DNA of 64,000 nucleotides. Source: Balanoglossus misakiensis (taxonomy: Eukaryota; Animalia; Hemichordata). Below, piece by piece: positions 1 through 13,404 of the stretch. The first letter of the stretch is position 1, and every line of letters begins with the position of its first letter. A program made the position numbers and the translations under genes. Below the pieces are notes generated by a model that saw nothing but the letters and a program-made list of their open reading frames with translations, ran no database searches and was not told the origin of the DNA. The stretch covers positions 10,502,731 through 10,566,730 of the forward strand of contig CM082592.2 in NCBI GenBank assembly GCA_040954595.2, in the 5' to 3' direction.

Positions 1-78
1 CTGGATACATATCTTTCCTTTACTTTTCTTCCTTTTCCGTCGGACAACTTGAAAACCATCTTCCTGTTGGGAAGCCAT
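1..78 (-). CDS. 5' end of a gene running off the window (MASQQEDGFQVVRRKRKKSKGKICIQ...), possibly SRR1-like
   Basis: ATG at 78 in AAAATGG context, open to the window edge. The DGFxVVxRKRK start resembles invertebrate SRR1-domain proteins, but 26 codons are too few to be sure. Confidence 0.4.
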   Translation of the reverse strand, partial: MASQQEDGFQVVRRKRKKSKGKICIQ

Positions 79-917
79 TTTCAACTTTGACCTTTGACCG
101 GAGCAGAGTGGTCTGTTTTGTAGAGGGCGCTGTCCAGAAGCAGACATGGCGTGTGCATTTCAGTGTAGACATAGGGGAAAAGTTGTCAGTATATATCTAA
201 AATGAGTGTCTGTACTTGCAAACAAGCACTTGGTTGGGCACATTGATAAGTTCTGTATACTTGATGATTCACTAAAGGTAGAGAAATAAACAAAACTTTC
301 ACTAAAGTACCTTTCAGCCATGTATTTATTTGTTAGCACCGTGTGAAATCTTACACAAGCCCTTATTTTTCTTCAAAGGGCATCTCGCAATGACTTCTTT
401 ATCACAACTGATGACATTCAAGTTCTTATGCCGTGTAAAGTTAAATACAATAATGGTAATTCAAATTATGTAAACTTTTATCTAAAAGTAATGTTGGCTC
501 ATACTAAATAATACATGTAATTTTAAAATATGAATGAATTTTTAGATGAATAAAAATAATATTGGATTGGGAATAAAAAAATAAGGTGTGATCTAGGCTG
601 TTAAGTCAAAATAATAGCGAAAGAGATTGTGGTAAATGAGGGCAACAAGCCAAAATATAGAAAACTTTTTATAAACCATCCAGAATCCTCTACCATCCTT
701 TTTACCAAGCATCTGTACATCTAACATTGGTTAGTTCCATAAGTATCAATTGTACATATGATGGGCAAGACAAAAGATTTTTTTCTGTAAATGTACCAAA
801 AAACCTGTTGTCTATGACCATCAGTATAAAATACTTGTGTTCTCAGAGATCACTTGCATTGCAGTTCAAACATCAGTCATAATTTAGGTCAAAGTTCAAT
901 ATTTTCTTGTTAGTGAA

Positions 918-1965
918 CTATTCGTATTCCGTGTATTTCTTGCAGGATCCATGGACTTTACTCGCTGGATATTTCTGATGATTCAAAGCAATTTTATCCA
1001 CAACCACTGCTGGAAGGTCAACGTGACATTTTTCTGCCAGTCTCACTAAATATATGAGGACATCGCTGAGTTCTTGGGACAGGTGCTTCTTGTCTTTTTC
1101 TGACCAGTCTGAAAAAAATCACCATGAATATATTTAGGCACAATCAAACTAATTGTGGTGATCCAACTTCCATTTCCATTGTGATTAATAAGCATTCATT
1201 GACTTCTCCAACCCAACATTTGAAATGTAATATTATAAGAGCTGTAACTGTTGATTATAGAATGTCGATTTTACTTACCTGGAAGACCATCTTGAACTTC
1301 TCCTCTCCACTGACTGTGAAATTAAAAACAAAAGATTATCACTATAAATTTATTCACCAAATAAGAAACCAATGACCAAATATACAACTATTCAGCACAA
1401 TGACTCAATACGTCACTTGATAGCTGATTGCATGAAACACAAGATTGTCCCAAATATCACATCATACTTACAAAAGTTCTGCAACCTCTCCAACTTCACC
1501 AACCTGAAGTGAAAATAAAAATATATCAAACATATCATCTATCCCAAAGACCTGTGAAACTCACACTATCATCCTGTAGCTACATACTAGTATATTACGT
1601 AACCAAGGTAACAGGCAGGTCACATTATTATGCAAATCACTTACTAAAGCCAAAAGTAAATTCCTGGGTGTGTGGAACTTGCCAAAATCTCTTTCCCTGG
1701 CAAAATTGTTCTGCATCTGTCGTCTAAGGAACAGACAAGAATAAAACGAATAAATTAAGACGCTGAACTGCTTGAGAAATCGAGATAAAATGGTTTGAAA
1801 CGTAATGATATGTACAACAGTATGTTGGCCTCACATTTGATCAAGAGTTGGTTCGCTGCTAAACTGAAATTCCCTTGTTGACGGTTCAGCTTCCTCCACA
1901 CGTCGATCTCTCCTACATTTCTTTGCCTCTGGAACATCTGGTGAGGTAGCATTGGTTGTCATCAT
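918..1965 (-). CDS. DCTPP1: dCTP pyrophosphatase 1 (MazG-like all-alpha NTP pyrophosphatase)
   Basis: Five phase-compatible GT-AG exons (1835-1965, 1645-1723, 1472-1503, 1279-1313, 918-1108) give ...FSSEPTLDQIRQMQNNFARERDFGKFHTPRNLLLALVGEVGEVAELFQWRGEV...LSQELSDVLIYLVRLAEKCHVDLP...KYPASKVHGSCKKYTEYE*. Not shown in the ORF track. Confidence 0.95.
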
Positions 1966-2131
1966 GATGCGTGGTAATGTTAATACAGCAGAAAATGGTG
2001 GTTTTTGCTTCCGTGGTCGGCTTGTGTTATGAAGACTAAAATTTCCCGCGGAATTTTACGCATGCGTGCAGCAACTCTCGGCAACGCCGAATGTTGCCGA
2101 AAATATCCGATTCGGGTTACGAAAATTCAAG

Positions 2132-2140
<9 letters not shown>
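1966..2140. promoter_or_regulatory. Bidirectional CpG-rich promoter of DCTPP1/NDUFS8
   Basis: 166 bp between divergent ATGs. E2F-like TTTCCCGC (~2042), NRF1-like ACGCATGCGTGC (~2058), YY1-like AAGATGGCGGC over the NDUFS8 start. Confidence 0.7.
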
Positions 2141-4019
<1,879 letters not shown>

Positions 4020-4822
4020 AATCTTGATTTCCAACAGTAGTGAACGTTTTGTTATTTCTACTCGAATAGAGTGCCGTTTTTTTCTGTGTGTTCGCATCTA
4101 CGGACAGTTGCTTTTGTAAATAGATATCACTTACCATGCCATAAAACTGCATCCAATATCTAGTTGAATTTCCATGTCACAACTGGAGTGATCTTGGCAC
4201 AGCCAGCGGTAGTGAATGCACTCAATATCTCAGAGATGCTCTAGATTGTCAGGCAATGGCATACTGTGATTAAGGGGCAGGATAGAAGTTGGTACCATGG
4301 AAAATTTAAGTTGCATTCATGAAATACTGACCAGACATCTTCAGTGCTTACAGCAGAGATGTAAATAAAACATGTAAGCTGCAAAGTGTGGTATTGTGAT
4401 TGAATAAATCTGATATCTGTATTGCACTGTTTTGCAGAAATAAAAATGTGATATTAATATGGGATCAAAAACTTGTGGATTTATGTTGTGGTTGTATGCT
4501 GTGTGAAAGTAGAATTTTGTTCGTAAATTACTCTTAAAAACCACTATAAACTTCCTGGCAAGTCTTAGCAATAATGTGATCGATTTATTGAAGAAAAATT
4601 AAGAAGTGTGCGTATGAATAAACAAACAAATCAACAAAACACTGTTCGAAGCAGTTGACTTGGGTTTCAAAGAGATGCAAGCTATAGTCCTAAACTATTT
4701 GTCAGAACACAAAAGTCGTGTAAATGTGTGATATCTGCATAGTGAGGGTACAAATACACGCTGCCTCGAAAATCTGTCCCCGAGATGCGCACTTCCTTAA
4801 ATGATGCAGTTACTATTTTAAA

Positions 4823-6991
4823 CTACACACACTCGAGTGTTTCAGTTAATGTAACTGACGAGGAGTTCTTCTTTCCATTGGCTAACACCGACAGTACATT
4901 AGGAGACGATATTGTCTTGGTCCGCCAAAAACGTGCTTTGATGGACTTTCTAACTTGGCGGTTTCCAATACCATACAAGAGTGGGTTCAAAGCGGAGTTC
5001 AAAAACGCCACCAGATTGGTGAAATTGGCCACAATACTTGATACCCCGTTCTCAGTCACATAATCGATAAAGAGACACACCAATCCTGGGAGAGTACAGA
5101 TGAGAAAGCATCCCATAATAGTGCACAGCACTTTGGCTGCTTTTCTGTGGTCAGCCATTGCTGATGACGACAATTTGCCGCGTGATGGTAGATTTCGAGC
5201 ATCGTTGAATTCCCGATGCAAATGTTCCACGCTTCGATGTGTGTCCCGTATCTTTCTGGCTTGCTTACTTGCTGTGCTGAAGATTAATCCATACAACACA
5301 AACATAGTCGTCACTAGGGAAAAAGAAAAAGAAATATTGCCTAGAAGTTAAAGAGTAATCCTGAAAGTTTTTTGCTCATATGCCTCCCAGCCAAAGAGCC
5401 TTGATTCCTTCATTTGTTAATTGTCATGGCAATTCGCAAGCAGATCATGCAATGCGGCATAAAAACGGAAGCACAGCTTAAATTATAACTTGGCAGCCAG
5501 ACAAAAATCCAATTTTATCAAACCGATAATTATAGCAGTATGTGCGATATCCTGGACACACCGCCGCCTACACTAACCACTTTGTACAAAACATTCCGAA
5601 CACCATCAACGTAGGCCGAGTAATCGGGTAACAACATAAAACGGCTATTAGACTATCACCAGCGTATAAATTGGGTTTTGAGTCCAAGAATCCAATTTTA
5701 GAAAACGATTTAGATAAAGTGATACCGGTGGTATACTTTTAGAACTGAATCACACATCCTGTTGTATATCATTTTGGAGTGCACCATGTGTTTCTCCACA
5801 GTCTCAGTCTCTATCACAGGACTGTGGTTTGTCTTCCTGTTATCCTGCGTGAGTTAGAAGAACGTTGATGGTGGTCGATAGGTTTTCCTTATTTCCGATC
5901 CCATGATGAAACCTCTGGAGAACGATCATATTACCAATTCTATTTACTGACGTCACACACTTCAAAGTAAAGTTTTATTCCTAGCCATGGCAACAGTCTG
6001 TATCGCCCGTCTCTGCCACTGAACAGCTGGGAAATTTCCCATGGTTTGATAAACGATTGTGTTGTTCATAGGCACTTGACAAAAAGCCAAATGTGGAGGG
6101 AATGTACACTTTTATTTCAGCTTGCTAAGGTTGAAAATAGGTAACTTATAGTCAATCTTTCGACAATAAATTTTTGTAATGCCTCCACCGAAGTCATTTT
6201 CCCTTTTATGACGTCATACAAAATTCTTACCTGGGATAGCAAACCATAAAATGATCATAAACATGACGTAAGAAAACGTCATGTAATCAGAGTAGCCACA
6301 TTCTCTTGTCAACGACACCCTCATGTCTCTGGCTTCTGCTTTTCTCCAACCTAGCAACGGAGCAAAACCCGTGACGATAGAAAGAGACCAGCAGGCCAAT
6401 ACACAACCAAAGGCTTTTTGCTTCGTCATCAGAGTTGGATGTCTGTGAAAGAAACGAGTAGTTCGGTGTTAACATTTTGCATGGAGATGAACGAATCTGG
6501 ACACAATGCAAAACAAGACAAAACACTCTGAAAGAAACTAATATCAACACACCACAGCACAACACAACTTGCCACAAACACAAAACGCAACACCACAACA
6601 CACCACGAAAGAAACTGACGTCTGAGAATATGGCTGTATGCCTGAAGACAGTTACTCACCTTAATGGAAAGGTTATAGCGATGTATCGATCCACAGCTAT
6701 CACAAGAAGATGAGCTATCGATGCCAGCACGAAGAAAACTGTGAACGACCGACCGAGAATACAGTTCAGGAGAATTTCCACGGGATGGCTATTATTCTGT
6801 TCTGCTACGTACAGTGGAACATTGACAGCTCCCACAAGGAGGTCCGCAATTGCCATGGAAACGATAAACATATTTGTAATTGTGTGCAGATTTCGATCGA
6901 GGTATATTCCTGTTATCACGACCAGGTTGAGAAAAATGCAGGGAACAGAGACTACAACAAGACCGACGAGGCTCGGCCAGTTGACAACCAT
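4823..6991 (-). CDS. Class A GPCR, adenosine-receptor-like orphan
   Basis: Exons 6660-6991, 6231-6442, 4823-5313. TM2 SMAIADLLVG, TM3 IAVDRYIAI, TM4 W and PLLGW, TM6 KAAKVL..GCFLICTLP, TM7 NSALNPLLY; almost no extracellular N-terminus. Confidence 0.9.
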
Positions 6992-9378
6992 GGTGTCATG
7001 TGACCCCTAAAGTGAGCGTAGTGGTGGGTAGATGATGTGAAGTTATCGAGTGGTTTCTGCTGCGACCCAACTTCTGCTAATCGGTTTAAACGAGAATAAA
7101 CTTAACAAACAATGGAAGAAAACACGTCAATAGGCATCTGTGACCAAGATTAAATTCATCAACTTCCACTTTTCACTTGAAAACATGCCACTCAACGATG
7201 ATCTTTGTATGTTTATCCTTTCATGTCCATGATGTTACCAAGGTGATCTCCTGCAGGTCTTTGAAGCAACGATGGCGCTGAATGGTACCACTTTCCGTGT
7301 CATTTTTAACGGCGCTTCCTCGTTTTAACTGGAACTGAAACGACCAGTTAGTACCATGGCCTGGTCCGGTCTGTACAATGTCACACAGGCCTGTCGTGCG
7401 AGGGTACAACTGAGAATATTACAGAGAATTACAGAACCATGTGTTTGCAATTCTTGAACCAAAGAATTCTGACCCTCTTTTGAAGGGAGATCTTTCAGCG
7501 AACTAAACCGATATGGCCCACTGCTCAACTGATAGAAAAATATCTACAATACAATGCATTTGTAATAATTTGTCCTGCAAATTATGATGGCACTTGAAAT
7601 AAGTTCCCGGGAGGTAGCGTCATAAAGATAACCGTAAGTATCCACAGAGCAACTATTTATAGAATCTAGCACCGTTTTTCCTGATAAAAGTTGACATAAA
7701 TTGGCTGTAAATTGTTATTTCTACGGCATCTGGATGGTTTCAGTGATACATTACCCCCGCTAACAAGCGCTCCCAAAAATGTGCAATGTGTGATCTCGAC
7801 CCGAGTCGGGTTAGGGGAAGTAAAAGACACGCACACACAAACATCGGGATTTGCAGATACCCGGCAGCTTATTTATAGCAGTCTCACAACAGTGCTATCA
7901 GCCGATCTATTGCTCTGATGACTTCCGAACAGGCGTGCCAAAACGGCACATTTGATATTTACGTAATGAGAAAAAGTTGATGAAAACGCTAGAATCCCCA
8001 CGAAAACTGTGTCCTGGGAAGAGAATCGAACGGAATATGGTTGACACAAGGGTTTCCAACACAAGCTCGTCCATCAGCAAGTCAGGGAATGATTAGGAGA
8101 GCGTGCAAATTGTCAGGAACGGAATAAACTAGCTTCGATGATAAATACGGTGTTGAACGTCGATTGTAGTAATGTGATCCTGAAAAATGGGTGGAGGGTT
8201 GTGACTGCCACACAAAGGCATCCGTATCTACAGTGGAAGGGAAGGGAGCAAAGTTGGAAGTGTTCAAATCCGAGGCTGTTGACTTCCCTTATTATCAAAT
8301 GCACGAGTCGCACACGAGGTTATCTGGATGAATCACGAAAAATCCACGAAGTTGAAGGCTGGATTTTGGCAGTGACTTATTTCCTTGACAACAACGGAGT
8401 TGCGCACTGCACGAGGAACAAAGAAAGCCGTCAAAACCACATAGGTCATTCAATGTGGTGCTGGTGTTGCCATGATTTCTTGTGCATCTTGTGTATATTC
8501 TGTTTTTCGTTAGCATTCATGTCTCCCGCATTTCTGACGTTTTTACGGTTTGTAAACTCGTGTAGTTCATTTTTAACGATGTGGCCAATGCCGGATGCAA
8601 AGTTTAATTGCTAGAAGAGCTATATGGACCCACTGAGTTTGTAATCAGTTATTCTTGGTGTGATGGAATTCACCAAACTTCAATTTGTCCGTTTCCTACA
8701 TACAAGTTTCTGTCATTTGCTCTGGATTACTCACTCACACCGCACAACTGAACAGATGATGGTGAATGTACTTAATAAGTTTAATGCACCACAGAAAACA
8801 CTAAATGTCGCAGTAATTCTGCAATGCAACAAAAATCAACTGTTATAAACTTTTGACAAACTACTGTCAACGTTTTCTCTATACAGTTGCTAAATCTACT
8901 GAAAATCATAAAAGAACACCTGCAATCTTGAAAATATAAAGGTCTAGAAATCTCTTTAAAAACGTAAAATTAAACATCTTCATTCTTCTGCAATGGTTGC
9001 CCATTTTTCAGTTTTTAAATTTTCAAGTATCTGATAACCTATCTCATTTTCAGGTTCTCGTTACAAAATGTTTTTGTCATGATCTGAATAATAACTGTGG
9101 CAGTGCCATTTGTATCATGATTATGACTTTCACCTATATTAACGTTTTATGGTTGGTGATAGTGCATAGTAACTTAAGTATGAATGATACATACCCACAC
9201 ATACATAAATGTACCGGTATGTACACACAAACAAACAGACAGACAGACACAGATGCTAATCCCATAAGCCCCAACTCAGGTAAACACACATGTACCAAAT
9301 GGGAGCTAAACACACTGGCACAAAATACTAACTAAGAGCAACAAATACATGTACTTAAGTGTCATACTCTCTTCACTT

Positions 9379-9508
9379 TCACTGATCTGAAGAAGTCTTC
9401 TTACCAATCTTCAAAAACCTGTCGCTCTTCTATGGGGATGGAGAGTAAGAGACAGTATGAGAGAGAGTGAAACCAACCCAGTCAGACAAAGATGAAGAAA
9501 TCGCTACT

Positions 9509-9541
<33 letters not shown>

Positions 9542-12500
9542 GGAAGAATGGATGGATGTCCTAACACATTATTGCTTGATAATGTACTTACATGTCCCAC
9601 ATATTTCACAGTCAATCCCATCTGATTTGCTGTGCTAGTCACAAAGTCCATCTCGGCTGTCGTAAACGACACCATGGAAAATGGCATCTCCTGGATTTCA
9701 TCGTTCTCAATGAAAGCCCTACAGACAGAAGTATTTTCAAACTTTTAAGCAACAAAAATTGTGGTGACCTTTATTTGCACGCTACAAAATGTTTCCTAAA
9801 CTTGTACTAAGCATTGCCAATGTGTGGACACGATGCACACTTTTTAGCTTATTGTTGATGAAACTCTTTTTTCATACAAGCTCAGCACTGCGCTGACACA
9901 TGGAGATGCAAGTGCATGCAATTGTGCCACTCTATGACAGTGAGGCCTTTGAAATGATAGCAATGGAATGCTGTATGTAAGTGTCCACATTTCAAGTGTT
10001 AAGTAAGTGTTAACATTGATTTAAGAGATTGCTACCACAGTGATGGCAAGCTTGTTAGTTGTTGTCATATCTGTGTTATATGTGTTTGGTGGAATGATTC
10101 TTACCTGAAAGTATCCCTGACTGTCTTTTGAAAATCAGGAGAGCATCCCTTGGGAAGCAGTTTGCTTGCATTCTCATCACCATCTGCAGATAGAGATTCA
10201 GCCAGTATTATATTAACTGGGGTTTCTTACATAGTTTACCAGGTTTCACTTGAAGAACACTGAGGATTTCTATTGGAATATCACTCTAGACACATGAAGA
10301 GACACTAGCAATACTACAATGAGTTCTCTACCTCTGACAGCGAAATGTTATGTTATTATGATGTACCTTTGGCATTGACTTTGACTCCTGCAAACATCTT
10401 CCCATACATCTCTTTCTCGAGAGTTTTAAACTTCTGAACTGAACTTTCCAATTTCCTCAGCTCTTTGGTGATTTCTTCATTGTGAGGCTCTAACTTCTGA
10501 CAACGCAGGAAGTAGTCTTTTGCTCTGTCAAACTCACTCAGTTGGTGTAATGCCTGGAAATGTGAAAATCACTTTTTTAAAGCAATTACCCAAATTTAAG
10601 GTTTAAGGTCAAAGTATGTGAGTAATCAGGTTATTTATGCAGAGGTCTTCATCACTATTAATAACCATTTCACTGTACACTCAATCATTGTAAATCCTTT
10701 CAATATCTACTGTCAGCCTACGTACCTGCCCATATCTGAATAGTCCCTTGACATTTTTCGGTTCAATATCCAGTGCAGCTTTACAGAACATGATAGCCCT
10801 AGCTGACTGACACAACTTGACGCTGCATAGTGCCATATTCAAACACAATTTCAACATCACTTTCTTCATTGCTTTCTCTTCAGTTTCATCTTTCAGGTGA
10901 CAGTTTTCCAGAATTCTCTGCGCCTAAGAAGATTCAAACGTTGTCAGCATACAGACATGAACACAGCCAAGTAATCCAATGTGGTTTGAGGCTCTGAAAA
11001 CTTTATCATTCTCTGTGGGCCAACGATTCAAGTATCTACCACAATTAGGAAGGTTATCAATTCGCAGTAATTACAAATACTTACTCGGTTGTATCTTGCA
11101 AATGCTCTGCTGATGTGTTTCTGTTGGTACAACTCATTTCCTGCCTGACATTAAAAATAATAAAAATATCCAGATTAATCAAAATTACATCAGTCTATGT
11201 GCAAAAAATATTATTTTTGCTTAAATGCATGCCTCATTCTTTAAGTGACATTACTGACTTACCTTTCTTTCAGCATGGACAACAGTGAGGACTTCATCAA
11301 AGGAGGCATTTCTTTGATCTTCTCTGGTCCATTTGTGAAAATCTTCAACTAGTGAGTTGTCAATGAAACTCATCATCTCTATCTCAAACAAGACTGATGA
11401 CAGATTATACAGAGAAACATACATGCTTGTAAGAAAGTGAAGTTTCTCTTAAAACTGAGAAATGAGGTTTTATCTAAGTTTGATACATGTTGTTGCCTAA
11501 GTACTTGTAAACAGAACACATATCACTTACTCTGTGCATTTCCTGGTATACGTGGTGGGCATCCATGCTTTCCAAAGGCATAGTCCGGCTTCACCAAAAA
11601 CCTGGAAAACTCCCCCTTCCTCATGGTTGCTATGGCAACCTCAAATCCAGGAATGCACATTCCTGTGAGAAGACAGCCAAGATATTGTTTACAGAAAGTG
11701 ATAATATGGTTTCCAACAACAAGTAAAATCTTTCACATCTGACCAACTATGACCTGGTGGCAATAGGAAATATGCAAGATGGAATTGATCTATTACCTTC
11801 ACCAAGTTTCAAGGTGTGGGGTTTGTTTCTCAGTCTGGTAGAGTCATAGGGTTCATCTGAGTACTCCAGATATCCACTGTAATGAACTGAGGAAAAAACA
11901 AACATATTCATGAAGTTGTGTCCTTATCTCCGAGCTGCCCTTAGGACAGACATACATTTCCTATATCCATCCATGTAACATACACATCGGTGCATGTTGA
12001 TTTCAATATTTCTAATGGTAGATGTATAATATTATTAAGTACACTATACCTTTGCAATGGGAAGATGGTGGAATAGTATCACCCATTCCAGTCTTGATCA
12101 TTTTCTTGAGAACACCTGCATCACCAGAAATATCTTCCATATCTCTGGCAATTCTCTCAAATGGACTCTGCAGGGAGTTTGCATTGATGTCAAGTTGTGG
12201 TTTAATCAAGAAAATCAGTGAGTAAAATGGAATAATGAGTTTGAAACAGCCCCAGGCCTTTTAGGTGGGTTAGTTTGGTAAGATTGAAAGCTTCTTTTAA
12301 ACTCACCATATTTTCTGTACTTGGGTCATCATCATCCAAAGATGTACACTCAAAGTTCAACTGTTTGAAGAGCACCTCTGAATCAAAGTACTGATCACCG
12401 CTATCTGTAACACATGACCATTGTGATATCAAATACACCTAACTCAAGATCACTCGTATTTTAAAAACTGCTTAAATGAAAAGACTTGTAACATAAGATA

Positions 12501-13167
12501 CTCTCCAATACTATTTGGCCTCGAAAATCAAAGTCTATAACTTTTGCTCATAGTTTGTTCAATGTAACTACTTTAGATTATTCTCTCTTAAAATTGAGAA
12601 TAAAAATGTCAAGTACCTATTGTTGGTAAGTCCTCAGCAACTTCAAATTCTGTTCCTTCTCCATCCTGTCTACTAAGTTCATTCAGATCAATGCCGTCTT
12701 TCAACTGTACTGTGTGAAATGGCTGTATTCCAAAAATAATATAAGTGTACGTCTTGTCAATGGCTGTTTAAAACTACTTGAGAGGCTGATAAATCATTGA
12801 CGTTTTCGCAGTTCCATGCACGTGCACGTGCAGTCAAAAAGTCAGGTGTTTATATTTATGGAAACGCCCACGTCAACAAATATATGAGCCTTTCTATTAA
12901 GGCCTTAAATTTAACCCTACCCCTTTCCCCCTCCAACATAAGTTAGGTGAAGCTTCTCAGGGGACATTACCAAACAACAAAAGTTGATATTTTTCATTTG
13001 TATGATCAGAGAAGGGGCTGGAGGCTGCAGAGCTTCATGGTGAACTCTCCGCCATGTTTTAAAAGCATGTTGTCCTTTGCAAATATCTTAGCATTTGAAC
13101 CAACCTTGCTGTCTTCATCTTCGACAGACAAACTGTGATTTTCCGGGACGGGCTCCGGAGTTTGCAT
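9379..13167 (-). CDS. FKBP6: FKBP6/Shutdown: PPIase-like FKBP domain + TPR, piRNA-pathway Hsp90 co-chaperone
   Basis: About 13 exons (13105-13167, 12617-12722, 12307-12404, 12050-12167, 11797-11886, 11531-11662 ... 10105-10183, 9592-9718, 9379-9429). SPFERIARDMEDISGDAGVLKK, VHYSGYLEYSDEPYDST, KPDYAFGKHGCPPRIP, TPR ALDIEPKNVKGLFRYGQA, EKEMYGKMF. First-exon assignment (AAG|GTTGGT donor) is less certain. Confidence 0.92.
9509..9538. repeat. (GACA)n microsatellite
   Basis: cagacagacagacagacagacagacagac in the last FKBP6 intron. Confidence 0.9.
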
Positions 13168-13404
13168 GTTAATCGTGAAGAGGTCGTTCGTAGAAACTAG
13201 AAAACGACGCTGAGAACGTGAAATTTCCGTCACAACATCCACAGACATAAGATGACTGGTAAAAAATAATGCAAATCCGCATGGGGGCGCTACAGATTTT
13301 ATTGTTCTGCGTGTCAGCCTTATGACACGTGACCGGCGTTAAGGTTGATGAAAGTGGACGAGCCAGGTCCCTTCCCTTCTGAAACAGCGCGCAAGCAAGA
13401 GAAG
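13168..13404. promoter_or_regulatory. Bidirectional promoter of FKBP6 and the RRM-F-box-LRR gene
   Basis: About 240 bp CpG-rich gap between divergent ATGs; E-box CACGTG (~13326) and GGGGGCGC (~13283). Confidence 0.65.

Noticed and set aside
1271-1290. TACTTACCTGG, identical to the U1 snRNA 5' end
   Set aside because: Reverse complement of a DCTPP1 splice donor; no U1 body follows.
8138-8614. 158-aa plus-strand ORF
   Set aside because: No recognisable domain or supporting splice structure; likely chance.
11626-11639. Perfect RFX X-box GTTGCTATGGCAAC
   Set aside because: Lies in FKBP6 coding sequence (VAIAT) and can be explained by codon content.
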